DNA of 64,000 nt, from contig CAWGLD010000008.1 of NCBI GenBank assembly GCA_963823335.1, positions 1 to 64,000 on the forward strand, in the 5' to 3' direction. The position numbers and the translations under genes are program-made. This stretch comes from an uncultured delta proteobacterium. Its GTDB lineage: Bacteria; Desulfobacterota; Desulfobacteria; Desulfobacterales; B30-G6. Positions 50,437-61,740 of this stretch are shown here, piece by piece. The notes under the pieces were generated by a model. The model did no database searches, was not told the origin of the DNA, and saw only the letters and a list, made by a program, of their open reading frames with translations. Numbering within the stretch: position 1 is the stretch's first letter; every line of letters begins with the position of its first letter.

Positions 50437-53241
50437 ATGGATATTATCATTCAGGGGGCAAGACAGCACAATCTCAAAAATATAGATCTGGTGCTGCCGG
50501 GAAACAAGCTCATTGTCATCACCGGTCTTTCCGGCTCCGGGAAATCCTCCCTGGCTTTTGACACGCTCTATGCTGAAGGCCAGCGGCGCTATGTGGAATC
50601 CCTTTCCACATATGCCCGGCAGTTTCTCGAGAGAATGGAAAAGCCAGCCATTGACTCCATTGAAGGACTCTCACCAGCCATCGCCATCGAACAAAAGACC
50701 GGCAGCCACAACCCCAGGTCAACCGTGGGCACCATTACCGAAATCTATGACTATTTCCGACTGCTTTTTGCCCGTGTGGGAACACCCCACTGCCATGAAT
50801 GCGATCAACCGATCTCTTCCCAGACCCTCGACCAGATCGTCGACCAGGTCATGGAACTGCCGGAAAATTCCCGGACCATGATTCTTTCACCGGTGGTGTC
50901 AAAACAGACGGGAACCCATGAAAAATTGCTGAAACAGCTGCGCAAAGAAGGTTTCGCCCGTGTGCGCGTGAACAACGACACGCTCGATATCGAACAGGTG
51001 GAAAGATTAGAACCGTCCCGGCAACACACCATCGACGTGGTTGTGGACCGTCTGGTGATCAAGGAAACTATTCGAAACCGTCTGGCAGATTCTCTGGAGC
51101 TTGCCGCATCCCTGTCCGGTGGACGGGTAACCATCGACATTGCAGACGGTCCGCCGATTTATTACAGTGAAACACCTGTCTGTCTGAACTGTGGCATTCA
51201 TTACCCTGGTTTTTCACCGGCCAGTTTTTCCTTCAATTCGCCCCAGGGCGCCTGCCCCAAATGCGATGGACTGGGTGTGACAAGTGAATTTGACCCTGAT
51301 CTGATTGTCCCCAATCCGTCCCTGTCACTGCGCCAGGGAGCCGTCGCTCTGTGGGCCAATCGTAACTCGGTCCATTTCGCCGAATTTCTGGACGCCCTGA
51401 CCGCTTACTACAGGACAGATATCTACACCCCCTTTGTCGATCTTCCCGACCATTTCAAGCAGATACTGCTATTCGGTTCCGGCGATGAGCAGATTCCCTT
51501 CTATTTTGAGAGAAACAGCCGCAGATTCTCCTACCACAAGGCCTATGAAGGAATCATACCCAATCTCGAAAGACGTTATAAAGAAACCGACTCCAGTGGA
51601 TCACGAGAGGACATCAAACTATACATGAACTTCCGCCCGTGCTCCGAGTGCAAGGGTGCTAAATTGAACCGCGCCAGCCGCTCGGTTAAGATTGGTGCTA
51701 AATCCATTTCCGACATCACGTCTCTTGCGGTTGGAAATGCCCTGGCTTTTTTTGAGACCCTGGCGCTCACCGGAAAAAGAGCAATTATTGCAGACCGCAT
51801 TCTGAGGGAAATCAAGGAAAGACTCGGATTTCTGGCCAATGTCGGTCTCTCCTATCTCACCCTCGACAGGGCCGCCACCACCCTCTCGGGCGGTGAAAGC
51901 CAGCGGATACGGCTCGCCACACAGATTGGATCGAAATTGACCGGTGTTCTGTATGTGCTGGACGAACCGAGCATCGGTCTCCATCAGAGAGACAATCAAC
52001 AACTGTTGTCCGCCTTGTCAAGAATGCGCGATCTCGGCAACACGGTCGTTGTCGTCGAGCATGACGAGGAAACCATACGGCAGGCCGATCACGTGGTGGA
52101 TATGGGGCCCGGTGCCGGTGTCGAAGGTGGAAAGGTCGTATTTACCGGAACGCCCGAAGATCTCGTCTTGTCGGAGACCTCCTTGACCGGACGCTATCTG
52201 TCGGGCAAGAAAACAATTGATGTACCTAAGCGCAGACGCCCAGGCCATGGGACCTGTCTTGTCATCAAGGGGGCTACCCAGAACAATCTTAAAAATATTG
52301 ATGTGACCTTCCCACTGGGACGATTGATCTGTGTCACCGGTGTCTCCGGGTCTGGAAAGTCCTCTCTGGTTCTGGAAACACTCTTTCGCGCACTCTCCCA
52401 AAGACTTTACCACAAAAAAATCAGGGCCGGCAGATTCAGTCAACTCACGGGTCTGGAGCATATCGACAAAGTGATCCATATCGACCAGTCGGCCATCGGC
52501 AGGACACCACGGTCGAATCCGGCCACCTACACGGGTCTGTTTACTTTCATCCGTGAACTTTTCTCCAAGACACCGGAATCCCGGATGAGAGGTTACAAAT
52601 CAGGACGATTCAGTTTCAATGTCAAAGGAGGAAGGTGCGAAGCCTGCAGCGGGGACGGCATCATCAAGATTGAAATGCACTTTCTGCCGGACCTGCACGT
52701 GAAGTGCGATGCCTGCCAGGGGAAGCGCTACAACCGTGAGACCCTCGAGGTTCGTTACAGGGGACAGAACATTGTGGATGTCCTCAATATGACGGTTACC
52801 CAGGCCCTTGGCTTTTTTGACAAAATCGGCAATATCCGCTCAAAACTTCAAACCCTTGCCGATGTGGGTCTGGGATACATCCGGATTGGCCAGCCCGCCA
52901 CGACACTGTCTGGTGGAGAAGCACAACGGGTAAAGCTGGCCAAGGAACTCAGCAAAAAAGGAACCGGCCGCACCCTGTATATTCTGGACGAACCCACCAC
53001 CGGCCTGCATAGCGAAGACATCCGCCATCTGCTGAAAGTGCTGGACCGCTTTGTGGATACCGGAAACACGGTCGTCGTGATCGAGCACAATCTGGATGTC
53101 ATCAAAACAGCCGACACCATCATCGATCTTGGACCGGAAGGCGGGGATGACGGAGGCGAAATCGTTGGTTACGGAACCCCCGAAGAACTGGCCAGAATCG
53201 AAGGCTCCTATACAGGGCGATATCTCAAGGGGAAGCTGTAA
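50437..53241 (+). CDS. uvrA: excinuclease ABC subunit A
   Basis: GARQHNLKN, two Walker A motifs, two LSGGE, Zn fingers. Confidence 0.98.
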   Translation: MDIIIQGARQHNLKNIDLVLPGNKLIVITGLSGSGKSSLAFDTLYAEGQRRYVESLSTYARQFLERMEKPAIDSIEGLSPAIAIEQKTGSHNPRSTVGTITEIYDYFRLLFARVGTPHCHECDQPISSQTLDQIVDQVMELPENSRTMILSPVVSKQTGTHEKLLKQLRKEGFARVRVNNDTLDIEQVERLEPSRQHTIDVVVDRLVIKETIRNRLADSLELAASLSGGRVTIDIADGPPIYYSETPVCLNCGIHYPGFSPASFSFNSPQGACPKCDGLGVTSEFDPDLIVPNPSLSLRQGAVALWANRNSVHFAEFLDALTAYYRTDIYTPFVDLPDHFKQILLFGSGDEQIPFYFERNSRRFSYHKAYEGIIPNLERRYKETDSSGSREDIKLYMNFRPCSECKGAKLNRASRSVKIGAKSISDITSLAVGNALAFFETLALTGKRAIIADRILREIKERLGFLANVGLSYLTLDRAATTLSGGESQRIRLATQIGSKLTGVLYVLDEPSIGLHQRDNQQLLSALSRMRDLGNTVVVVEHDEETIRQADHVVDMGPGAGVEGGKVVFTGTPEDLVLSETSLTGRYLSGKKTIDVPKRRRPGHGTCLVIKGATQNNLKNIDVTFPLGRLICVTGVSGSGKSSLVLETLFRALSQRLYHKKIRAGRFSQLTGLEHIDKVIHIDQSAIGRTPRSNPATYTGLFTFIRELFSKTPESRMRGYKSGRFSFNVKGGRCEACSGDGIIKIEMHFLPDLHVKCDACQGKRYNRETLEVRYRGQNIVDVLNMTVTQALGFFDKIGNIRSKLQTLADVGLGYIRIGQPATTLSGGEAQRVKLAKELSKKGTGRTLYILDEPTTGLHSEDIRHLLKVLDRFVDTGNTVVVIEHNLDVIKTADTIIDLGPEGGDDGGEIVGYGTPEELARIEGSYTGRYLKGKL

Positions 53242-53245
53242 TTTA

Positions 53246-53310
53246 AGGGTTGGGGGGTGATACAAGGGTTGGGGGGTGATACAAGGGGTGGAGGGTGATA
53301 CAAGGGGTGG
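53246..53310. repeat. ~19-bp tandem repeat, 3 copies
   Basis: AAGGGTTGGGGGGTGATAC units; complement CCCTTGTATCACCC recurs at ~47003, ~62728 and ~62827. Confidence 0.8.
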
Positions 53311-53376
53311 CTGAAAGCGGATAGCCAATGGCGGCGTCATAGCCTCCCAGCTTCCCAGCACTCCCTAACAGCCTAC

Positions 53377-53418
53377 AAAAAAAAGGCCGCGCTTTAATAA
53401 AGCGCGGCCTTTTTTTTT
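53377..53418. terminator. bidirectional terminator between uvrA and atpE
   Basis: A-run, GGCCGCGCTTTA-A-TAAAGCGCGGCC, T-run. Confidence 0.9.
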
Positions 53419-53425
53419 GTGCTTT

Positions 53426-53707
53426 TTATTGACCCAACAGACCTGCGATGGCTCCTGCTTGGGGATGCGCATAAATAAGGATCAAGGCAACGACCAGCGC
53501 GTAAATACAGAGCGATTCGATCATGGCCAGACCGATCAGCAGGGTAACCGTAACCTTACCGGAAGATTCGGGATTTCTGGCAATACCCTCCACGGCGGAT
53601 TTCAATCCAATGCCCTGTCCGATACCACAGCCAAAGGCTGCAATGGCGATTCCGAATCCGGCTGCCGTTACACAGGCGATAAAAAAACTTAATGCAGTTG
53701 CTTCCAT
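53426..53707 (-). CDS. atpE: ATP synthase F0 subunit c
   Basis: GIGQG, IARNPE, AMIESL. Confidence 0.97.
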   Translation of the reverse strand: MEATALSFFIACVTAAGFGIAIAAFGCGIGQGIGLKSAVEGIARNPESSGKVTVTLLIGLAMIESLCIYALVVALILIYAHPQAGAIAGLLGQ

Positions 53708-53878
53708 ACTTGCTCTACCTCCTTGTTAATGATTAATGATTCGCTTCTTCCATTATCCAAATAAACTCGCTACGCGATTTTATCATGCGCGACCTTGTCG
53801 CTTAAATTATGCTGATGTCTGCCTCTTTTCAAACTGCCCGAACACGTTTTGTACCCGATTTATTCGATATGCACCTGC

Positions 53879-54568
53879 TTAATGGGCATGCTCCATGGCG
53901 GCTGTGAAGTACATCACCGAGAGCAGGAAAAACACAAATGCCTGTACCAGGGCCACGAAGATGCCAAGCGCCATGATGGGCAGAGGCGCGAAATACAGCC
54001 CTGCCAGAGCAAAGAGTATACCCAGCACCAGCTCATGCCCCATCATGTTGCCAAAGAGCCGGAAAGAAAGCGACAGCACCCTGGCAATGTGGCCGATGAG
54101 CTCGATGGGTAAAATAATGGGAACCATCCACCATACAGGGCCCAAAAAATGTTTGATGTAACTGGCGCCATGATATTTGATGCCGATGACATGGGTAAAA
54201 ACCACCACCGTCAAAGCACAGGACACGGTCGTATTGATACTGGCTGTGGGCGGAAAAAATCCCGGTATCAGACCGATCAGGTTGCATGTGGCAATATAGA
54301 TAAAAATCGTGGCGATGATGGGCAGAAGCCAACGCCCTTCATCTCCTGTAATCGTGACGGCAAATTCCTCGAGACCGGAAATGAGGATTTCGAAAAAGTT
54401 CTGGCCTTTGGATGGAATCAAGGTCACGGCCTTTACCCCCAGAAAACCAAAACCGATCAGTATGGCCATGACGATCCAGGTATAGATGACATGGGGATAG
54501 GCGTGTGCAAAGTGACCCAAACCGATAAGCTCAAACAATTTGACGAAAAAAAGATAGGGATGCTCCAT
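53879..54568 (-). CDS. atpB: ATP synthase F0 subunit a
   Basis: NLIGLIP, SLSFRLFGNM, VQAFVF. Confidence 0.97.
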   Translation of the reverse strand: MEHPYLFFVKLFELIGLGHFAHAYPHVIYTWIVMAILIGFGFLGVKAVTLIPSKGQNFFEILISGLEEFAVTITGDEGRWLLPIIATIFIYIATCNLIGLIPGFFPPTASINTTVSCALTVVVFTHVIGIKYHGASYIKHFLGPVWWMVPIILPIELIGHIARVLSLSFRLFGNMMGHELVLGILFALAGLYFAPLPIMALGIFVALVQAFVFFLLSVMYFTAAMEHAH

Positions 54569-54570
54569 CC

Positions 54571-54957
54571 TTAGAATGCCTCCTTCATTATTAGTTTGCC
54601 TACTTCAAGAATCGTAGCCATGAAAATGCTCGCAACCACAACGGAAAGCCCGACAAAAAGACCCAGCGGCGCAACATAGTGCCCCTGGATGAGAAACAAC
54701 AGAATGATACCGCTCACAAAAAATCGAAAATAGTATTTTGCCAGAACAACATTGTGGGAAGAGAGATGGGGTGGCGTCAAGGCCTTTTTCAGCGTCCGGG
54801 ACAGCAGGTGAAAATTGATGGTCACGATCAGGCCACCGTAAAGGATACCCTTGGCAAAATCAATGGGCAGAAACGCCAGACCGAGTGAGCTCGCCACTAC
54901 CAGCAGCACCCAGTTCGTTCGCGTCACAAACTTGAGTATTCTTTCCTGAATTTTCAC
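54571..54957 (-). CDS. atpI: ATP synthase subunit I-like membrane protein
   Basis: 4 TM, KYYFRF; GTG start inferred; upstream of atpB. Confidence 0.85.
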   Translation of the reverse strand: MKIQERILKFVTRTNWVLLVVASSLGLAFLPIDFAKGILYGGLIVTINFHLLSRTLKKALTPPHLSSHNVVLAKYYFRFFVSGIILLFLIQGHYVAPLGLFVGLSVVVASIFMATILEVGKLIMKEAF

Positions 54958-54979
54958 AATAAAAAAACCGTAAAACCGT

Positions 54980-55198
54980 TTACAAATTTCGACTTTTTTT
55001 AATGGCAAGACCAATATTCCGATACGCCGCTGCAATACCGGCAGCCAGAAAAATAAGTGTCAACCAGGGTGATGTATCAAACTTTCCATCCAGCCAGACA
55101 CCGATGCCGAGACCAATGAAAATGGAAAGCGCCACAGAGAGCCCCAGACTACTGTAGTAGGCCATTTCCCGTATGGACCGGTATGTCTCCTTTTTCAT
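54980..55198 (-). CDS. AtpZ/AtpI-family small protein
   Basis: GVWLDGKFDTSPW. Confidence 0.88.
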   Translation of the reverse strand: MKKETYRSIREMAYYSSLGLSVALSIFIGLGIGVWLDGKFDTSPWLTLIFLAAGIAAAYRNIGLAIKKSRNL

Positions 55199-55580
55199 GA
55201 AAAAGAACGCTTTCCCTGATGGTCAGAAGTCTTGTCTGCTCACAAAATTCGACTTAAACGACCTAACATAGGCACCGGGGCAAGTCAAACCAAAAATAAA
55301 TTCGCACGGCGAATTTATCTGGTGCCGCTTTGCGGCACAGGCACTCCCTATTTCAATACCACAAGGTCTTTTGTTCGTCATGGACATTTTGTACGAAATT
55401 TGTCCTTTGAATGACACTCGCCCTACGGGCTGTCATTAGCACTTCGTGCGAAATTCGTCCTTTGGACGTCATTAGCGCTTGCGCGCGTCATTTATTGTCG
55501 CCGATAGCTGATAGCTACCTTCCACCCTTCCAAACCTCCACCCCTTTCACCCTTGGGTTTTCCCCTGAAACCCTCCAACC

Positions 55581-56393
55581 CTAAATTTGTATTTGCCCTG
55601 CCTCAAACACCGGCCCATCCATACAGGCATGCAGGTATTGTTCCTTGGAATCGCGTTTCTCAACGGCACAACCCAGGCAGGCACCCATACCACAGGCCAT
55701 CATGGTTTCGACAGAAACCTGGCACGGGATGCCGTCCTTTCTGGAGATGGCCATCACTTCCCGCAACATAGGCATGGGCCCGCATGCAAACAATATTTCC
55801 GGCTTCTGCTGTCTCAGGCTTTCTCTCAGCGGCTGCGTAACCAGACACTGACTGCCGGCGCTGCCATCATCGGTGGTCACCATCAACTGTATGCCCAGAT
55901 GTTCGAATATCTCAAGGCATAACAGATCCCCGCAGGACCTGCCACCGATAAACAGGTTGATCTGTGAACCGGAATAACCCTGCCGCATCAAGTGCTTGGC
56001 TAAAAAAACAAGTGGCGCAATACCAATGCCCCCGGCCACCATGTGAACACGACGGAACTCCCCTCTGGTGGAAAATCCCCGCCCCAGAGGCCCGAGAACA
56101 TCCATCATATCACCGCTGCCGCTCATGGAAAGCGCCTGCGTGCCCTTGCCGATGATTTTATACAGGATATCAAACCCGGTGACACGCGTCCCTTCCATGA
56201 TCAAATCATGGATCGAAAACGGTCTTCGGAGCATGGGAGAGGTCTGCCCTGCCAGACGAACCATAACAAACTGCCCGGGCAAGGCATCCTGATACACCTG
56301 GTCACAGGCAATACGCATCCGAAAGTATCCCGGGCAAATTTCCCGGTTCGATAAAATCCGCGACATTGACAACCGTGTTTCCGTGCGGGTCAT
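55581..56393 (-). CDS. pyrK: dihydroorotate dehydrogenase electron-transfer subunit
   Basis: LRRPFS, GGIGIAP, CGPMPM, MACGMGACLGC, CMDGPVF. Confidence 0.93.
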   Translation of the reverse strand: MTRTETRLSMSRILSNREICPGYFRMRIACDQVYQDALPGQFVMVRLAGQTSPMLRRPFSIHDLIMEGTRVTGFDILYKIIGKGTQALSMSGSGDMMDVLGPLGRGFSTRGEFRRVHMVAGGIGIAPLVFLAKHLMRQGYSGSQINLFIGGRSCGDLLCLEIFEHLGIQLMVTTDDGSAGSQCLVTQPLRESLRQQKPEILFACGPMPMLREVMAISRKDGIPCQVSVETMMACGMGACLGCAVEKRDSKEQYLHACMDGPVFEAGQIQI

Positions 56394-56443
56394 CGTCAGG
56401 GTCCTCCTATATGCTTTTCCCGGTGGTTTGGCATAAACGTTTC

Positions 56444-56503
56444 AAGAACCTCGCAGCATGCGAAGCACTGCCGAACGGCAGAACCTGCGGGGAATGCGCT
56501 CGC
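56444..56503 (-). repeat. REP-like family A copy
   Basis: reverse complement matches 388-437. Confidence 0.8.
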
Positions 56504-56528
56504 TGTTGCGCTTCAAGAAGTCCTGCAT

Positions 56529-57317
56529 TTATCCCATCTGTAATTCATCTTTTCGGCGCTCCCTCAACTGGATAGCGGCTGCAAAACGGCCGGTAATCTT
56601 ATTTGCCCGATAAGAATAATAATGGTCTGCCCTGCATCGGGTACAGATGCCGCTGACATGGATGTTTCCCGGCAAAACGCCTTCCAGTAGCAGTTGTTCT
56701 TTGCTGAGGGCCCATAAATCGAACCGATTCCGCCGGTCTTTGTGATGCCAGTACATCTCGGGTATCTCCTGGGCGAAATTGACGAATTCCGCGCAGCATG
56801 GTCCCAGGGAAGGACTGATACCGACCCGCAGATCCTCAGGAGCACAACCGAACCGGCGCTGCATTTCCGTGATGGTATGGCAAAGGATATGGTTGACGTT
56901 CCCCCGCCATCCTACGTGTACGTTGGCAATAACGCTCTTAACCGGGTCCACCATCATTACGGCCTGGCAATCGGCGACCAGAACCACCAGGGCCACACCC
57001 GGAATGTTCGTTATCATGGCATCACCGGTGCCGACATGCAATGTTTCCGGCAGCCCCCCGGAAAAGCTTTGTCGGCCTACAGTCAAGACCTGTGTGCCAT
57101 GAACCTGATTTAAAAAAGCCAGACATGGGGCCTGCATGTGTTTCAGGAGAATACGCCGGTTTTTTTGAACCGCGCCGTTATCGTCACCTACGCCCATACT
57201 GAGGTTCAGACTCGCGAAGTCACCCCGGCTGCAGCCACCGTGCCGGGGAAAAATATCATGCTGAATACCCTCAATTGCCGAGAGATTTGTAAGTTTCAAG
57301 GTCTCCATGGTTCTCAC
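56529..57317 (-). CDS. pgeF: PgeF/YfiH family protein
   Basis: QVHG, ADC, HVGWRG, YYSYR. Confidence 0.92.
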   Translation of the reverse strand: MRTMETLKLTNLSAIEGIQHDIFPRHGGCSRGDFASLNLSMGVGDDNGAVQKNRRILLKHMQAPCLAFLNQVHGTQVLTVGRQSFSGGLPETLHVGTGDAMITNIPGVALVVLVADCQAVMMVDPVKSVIANVHVGWRGNVNHILCHTITEMQRRFGCAPEDLRVGISPSLGPCCAEFVNFAQEIPEMYWHHKDRRNRFDLWALSKEQLLLEGVLPGNIHVSGICTRCRADHYYSYRANKITGRFAAAIQLRERRKDELQMG

Positions 57318-58180
57318 ATGGCCCGGGCGAGTGTCAGGATATCCACTGCTTCAGCCCCTTCCTTTAAAAGTATTTTTGCACATTCATCGACCGTGGCACC
57401 CGTGGTATATACGTCATCCACGAGCAGAATCCTTTTCTTTAGAATTGAGTGCGGTGCGACTATTTCGAATGCGCCTTTCACGTTTCTCAGACGGTCCCTG
57501 CGACCCAGACCTGTCTGGGGCAGTGTGGATCTTCTGCGTCGCAGCACCCCTCTTTCCACCACGGGAAACATCGGCAGGGCTCCTTGCCATCTGCGATTCC
57601 TCCAATGCTTGATGGCCAGATAAACCTGATTGAATCCCCTTTTTCGAAGCCGTTGCCCATACAACGGTACCGGCACAACCACATCCATGGGTCTGTCATG
57701 CCAGAAGTGATGGTAAGTGTTCAACAACAAAATGGACAGCGGTGCGGCCATACCCACTTTTTCACCATACTTGAAGTGGTGAATAACTGCCATTAACGCC
57801 TGGTCGTAAACACCCACGGCTCTTGCCATACCAAAAGATCGTCTGGCGTCGAGACATTCCCCACAAACATGGTCCGTCCCTTCCCGGCTTTTGAACATAA
57901 TGCCGCAGCAGGTACAACACGGTGAGTGGACAGGGGTAAACTGTTGTGAACAGGCAGGGCAGACATAGGACGCCATCAGTCTGCCGAAAAGAGCGGCCGA
58001 TGGCGGCGCCTGGATCGTTTCATTGAAGGAAACACCGATTTTAAGGGAATCGTTCCAGCCGGACCGCGGTGGATAAAATTGTCCGCACACCAGACAGGTC
58101 AAGGGAAACAGGGCTTCCTTGAAAGCAATCCATACACGCACGAGCGCCCTGCGATATGCGTCGGTGATATCCAGACTCAT
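57314..58180 (-). CDS. comF: ComF family protein
   Basis: Zn-ribbon Cys pairs; RGFNQ; LLVDDVYTTGAT. Confidence 0.92.
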   Translation of the reverse strand: MSLDITDAYRRALVRVWIAFKEALFPLTCLVCGQFYPPRSGWNDSLKIGVSFNETIQAPPSAALFGRLMASYVCPACSQQFTPVHSPCCTCCGIMFKSREGTDHVCGECLDARRSFGMARAVGVYDQALMAVIHHFKYGEKVGMAAPLSILLLNTYHHFWHDRPMDVVVPVPLYGQRLRKRGFNQVYLAIKHWRNRRWQGALPMFPVVERGVLRRRRSTLPQTGLGRRDRLRNVKGAFEIVAPHSILKKRILLVDDVYTTGATVDECAKILLKEGAEAVDILTLARAM

Positions 58181-58197
58181 AAAATCGATCTGATGAA

Positions 58198-59403
58198 CTA
58201 CAGCGATTGAATGATCGCATTGGCAAATTCAGAGCAGGCCACTTTCCTGGCACCGGATATCTGCCGAGCCAGGTCATAGGTGACAATTCTCTGCTGTATT
58301 GTCAAGCGCAGCGCCGTTCTGATGGCAGTGGCGGCCTCGTTCCACCCCAGATAATCGAGCATCATGGCACCGGATAGAATCAGGGAACTCGGATTGACCT
58401 TGTCCTGTCCTGCATATTTGGGCGCGGTACCATGGGTTGCCTCAAATACAGCGCACAAGTCCCCGATGTTGGCACCCGGTGCCATCCCCAGGCCACCCAC
58501 CTGCGCTGCCAGAGCATCGGAAATGTAGTCCCCGTTCAGGTTGGGCGTTGCAATGACATCAAACTCATCCGGGCGAAGCAGTACCTGCTGAAACAGCATA
58601 TCTGCAATCCGGTCTTTGATGATAACCTTGCCCTCCGGTCGCCGGCCGTCATAGTTATCGTAGAGGTCCTTTTCGGTGATGACGGTATCTCCAAATCTTT
58701 CTCTGGCAACCTCGTAACCCCATTTCATGAAGGCGCCTTCTGTAAATTTCATGATGTTGCCCTTATGCATGAGGGTAACGGATGCCAGTTGATGGTCTAT
58801 GGCATGGGCAATGGCCCGGGCAACCAGGCGCTTGGTGTTTTCTTCGCTGATGGGTTTGATACCGATCCCGGTGTGGCCTTTTAGGGTCACACCCATTTCC
58901 TGTGATAAAAACGCCATCACCCGTTCGGTGTCCTTGCTTCCGGCCTCCCATTCGATTCCCGCGTAAAGATCTTCGGTGTTCTCTCTGAAAACCACCATGT
59001 CGATTTTTTCAGGATGTTTCATGGGGCTCGGAACCGTATCGATGTAAACAACCGGTCGAACACAGGCGTACAGGTCCAGCATCTGACGGATAGCGACGTT
59101 CACACTTCGAATGCCTTCCCCGACAGGCGTCGTCAAGGGTCCCTTGATGGCTACCACATGATCCTTGATGGTATCGAGTGTCTCCTGCGGCAGCCATTCA
59201 CCTGTCTTGTGGAACCCTTTTTCACCCGCATAGACTTCCTTCCATACAATCTTTCGACTGGATTTGTACGCTTTTGCCACGGCCATGTCCATGACGTCTT
59301 TTGCCGCCCGCCATATATCCGGCCCGATGCCGTCACCTTCGATAAACGGAATCACAGGCGTATCAGGTACATTCAGTTTGTTGTCTGTCAATGTGATTTT
59401 CAT
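58198..59403 (-). CDS. icd: NADP-dependent isocitrate dehydrogenase
   Basis: [45 protein letters not shown]. Confidence 0.97.
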   Translation of the reverse strand: MKITLTDNKLNVPDTPVIPFIEGDGIGPDIWRAAKDVMDMAVAKAYKSSRKIVWKEVYAGEKGFHKTGEWLPQETLDTIKDHVVAIKGPLTTPVGEGIRSVNVAIRQMLDLYACVRPVVYIDTVPSPMKHPEKIDMVVFRENTEDLYAGIEWEAGSKDTERVMAFLSQEMGVTLKGHTGIGIKPISEENTKRLVARAIAHAIDHQLASVTLMHKGNIMKFTEGAFMKWGYEVARERFGDTVITEKDLYDNYDGRRPEGKVIIKDRIADMLFQQVLLRPDEFDVIATPNLNGDYISDALAAQVGGLGMAPGANIGDLCAVFEATHGTAPKYAGQDKVNPSSLILSGAMMLDYLGWNEAATAIRTALRLTIQQRIVTYDLARQISGARKVACSEFANAIIQSL

Positions 59404-59438
59404 GCTCTCCCCGATCTCAATAGGTGTTGTTATCGTAG

Positions 59439-60173
59439 CTATCCGAATTCTCTCTGCCGATAGGTCTCATACATCACCACGCCGCCGGCTACCGAAGCGT
59501 TCAGCGAATCGACGTCGCCAACCTGGGGGATGGCGATCATCAGATCACAGTGTTTTTTTACCAGCGGACGGATCCCCTTTTCTTCACTGCCGATGACCAG
59601 CGCCATCGGGCCGGTCAGATCGCTGCTATAAATGCTTTGACCCGTATGCTTGTCGAGCCCTGCAACCCAGAGCCCTGATTCTTTGAGGGTCTTTATGGTT
59701 GATACCATATTTGTAACGCGGGTCAAGGAAATATGCTCCATGGTGCCGGCCGATGCCTTGGAAACAGCAGGCGTGGGCTGCGCGGAGCGGTCCTTGGTTA
59801 TGATCACACCGTCCAGTCCTGCACAAAATGCCGTTCGGAGCAAGGCACCGAGGTTGTGGGGGTCGACAATATGATCCAGCAGCAATAAAAAGGGCTTGCC
59901 GCCCTGGGCTGTCTTGGTGAGCCGGAAAAGGTCGCTCCAGACATAGGGGCCGGCCGATGCACAAATACCCTGGTGAGCGTCGGTAGCGGACATGGATTCG
60001 ATTCTTCCCATGGGAACCCGCTTGATGGGAACATGGGCGGCCTCAGCCAGAAAGACCACCTCCTCAGCCCTGGAAGATGATTTGCCCGTCGGCAGATATA
60101 TCTCAAGCAATTCTCGTTTGCCTGCGCGGAGCGCTTCTCTCACCGGATGATATCCGTATAGAATTTCCACCAT
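59439..60173 (-). CDS. rlmB: 23S rRNA G2251 2'-O-methyltransferase
   Basis: HQG, DPHNLGA, GSEEKG, SLNASVA. Confidence 0.95.
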   Translation of the reverse strand: MVEILYGYHPVREALRAGKRELLEIYLPTGKSSSRAEEVVFLAEAAHVPIKRVPMGRIESMSATDAHQGICASAGPYVWSDLFRLTKTAQGGKPFLLLLDHIVDPHNLGALLRTAFCAGLDGVIITKDRSAQPTPAVSKASAGTMEHISLTRVTNMVSTIKTLKESGLWVAGLDKHTGQSIYSSDLTGPMALVIGSEEKGIRPLVKKHCDLMIAIPQVGDVDSLNASVAGGVVMYETYRQREFG

Positions 60174-60198
60174 TATAACTCCCTAGTGCCGGAGCCGA

Positions 60199-60801
60199 TC
60201 AGATCAGGGCTTTGCTGTTGCGATATTTTTCGACAAGACGGATGAGTTTTTCGATAGCTGTAGAGAGATCGTCATTGACGATCACATGACGGTAAATCGA
60301 TATTCTGGCGATCTCTTTTTTGGCATTTCTCAGACGCTTTTCAATGGTCTGGGGATCTTCTGTCCCCCGATTTATCAGTCGTTGTTTTAAAATTTCCAGC
60401 GAGGGTGCCATGATGAAAATGGTAACGGCATCAGGGTATCGTTCCAGAATCTGCAGTGTTCCCTGGACATCGATGTCGAGTAGAATATCATGACCGCCTG
60501 CAAGCGCCTTTTCCAGATTTTTTGCGGAGGTACCGTAATAATGACCGTGAACCTCCGCCCACTCCGCCCAGCAACCTTTGTCGCGCATGTCGAGGAATTC
60601 ATTCTCGTCTGTGAAATGATAGTCGATACCGTCTTTTTCACCCTGACGTGGTTTTCGTGTGGTGTGAGAAACAGAGTACTGAATGTCGGCATGGGCACCC
60701 TGCAGCGCCCTGCAGAGCGTGCTTTTCCCAGCCCCGGACGGTGCAGAAACCACAAATAGATGTCCCTTGCGATAACCCGTCCCAGTCCTTTCTGATACCA
60801 T
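60199..60801 (-). CDS. gmk: guanylate kinase
   Basis: APSGAGKST, TTRKPR, YYGT, DIDVQG. Confidence 0.96.
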   Translation of the reverse strand: MVSERTGTGYRKGHLFVVSAPSGAGKSTLCRALQGAHADIQYSVSHTTRKPRQGEKDGIDYHFTDENEFLDMRDKGCWAEWAEVHGHYYGTSAKNLEKALAGGHDILLDIDVQGTLQILERYPDAVTIFIMAPSLEILKQRLINRGTEDPQTIEKRLRNAKKEIARISIYRHVIVNDDLSTAIEKLIRLVEKYRNSKALI

Positions 60802-60910
60802 GTTTTCCACCTGATACCCACTCCTCCAGCAACTACCCGGACCCAAAGGACCCAGCCCAGATTAACCCTAAAAGGGTTCACTTTTGGAAATATTCGGTCC
60901 TTAAAAATAC

Positions 60911-61269
60911 GGCTCTTCTCCCAATTAGTTGGGAGAAAGGGTTCTAGGAGTCGAGGATTCAAGGATCCAAGTGTTTGTTTTCCAGGGATTTGATTAACGC
61001 TTTCAGCATTCTATCTCTATGGTCGTTTTTCTCCCGTATCCCTCGGCGATATTCGATGGTATGGAAACAGCAGATCTTCTGATTTGGGAGGTCAAACCAT
61101 ATATTTCATCCTTTGGAAAACCTTTCGTGATTTTATAAATATGCAAACAAAGGGCGTACGATTTCTGCCAAACGTTTAACTCTTTATAATTTTTAAGCAT
61201 ATCACTTGAATCCTGGAATCCTGGACTCCTTGAATCCTTCTTTTAGATCAACTCTTTTGGAGATGATCC
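60911..61269 (-). mobile_element. TIR-bounded cassette with internally deleted four-helix-bundle gene, copy 2
   Basis: GGCTCTTCTCCCAA...TTTGGAGATGATCC; MLKNYKELNVWQKS...FPKDEIYGLTSQIRRSAVSIPSNIAEG..RKTT|EIERMLKALIKSLENKHLDP (61200-60959). Confidence 0.85.
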
Positions 61270-61344
61270 AAAAATACTAAATTGAAATATCGAAATGCGA
61301 AATAAAAGCGGCAACGCCGCGTCAGATAAATTCGTGCAACGAAT

Positions 61345-61596
61345 TTATTCTTCTTTTAGCGTCGCATAGCGCTGGGAGATCGTTTCCGCCTGTATGGCGG
61401 ACAGGACAATGTGATTGCTGTCCATGATAATAACTGCCCGGGTTCTGCGACCATGAGTCGCATCGATCAGTCGCCGGTCTTCCTTGGCCTCGTCTTTGAG
61501 TCGCTTCATGGGAGCTGAATTGGGCGCCACAATACTCACAACCCTTTCCGCCACTACCGTGTTGCCAAATCCGATGTTCAATAAAGCTTTTTCCAT
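61345..61596 (-). CDS. RemA/DUF370 family protein
   Basis: [22 protein letters not shown]. Confidence 0.93.
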   Translation of the reverse strand: MEKALLNIGFGNTVVAERVVSIVAPNSAPMKRLKDEAKEDRRLIDATHGRRTRAVIIMDSNHIVLSAIQAETISQRYATLKEE

Positions 61597-61740
61597 ACCC
61601 CTCCTAAACCCGGATTGACCGGAAGAAAAGATCTATTAACACGAAAACACGAAAGGTCGAAATCACAAAAAAAACAAATAAATTCCGAGATACCAAATAA
61701 GTGGCGAAGCCACGTCAGATAATATCGCGCAACGATATTA

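Noticed and set aside
60911-61269. Diversity-generating retroelement (Avd) or 23S rRNA IVS
   Set aside because: No reverse transcriptase, TR/VR pair or rRNA gene in the window
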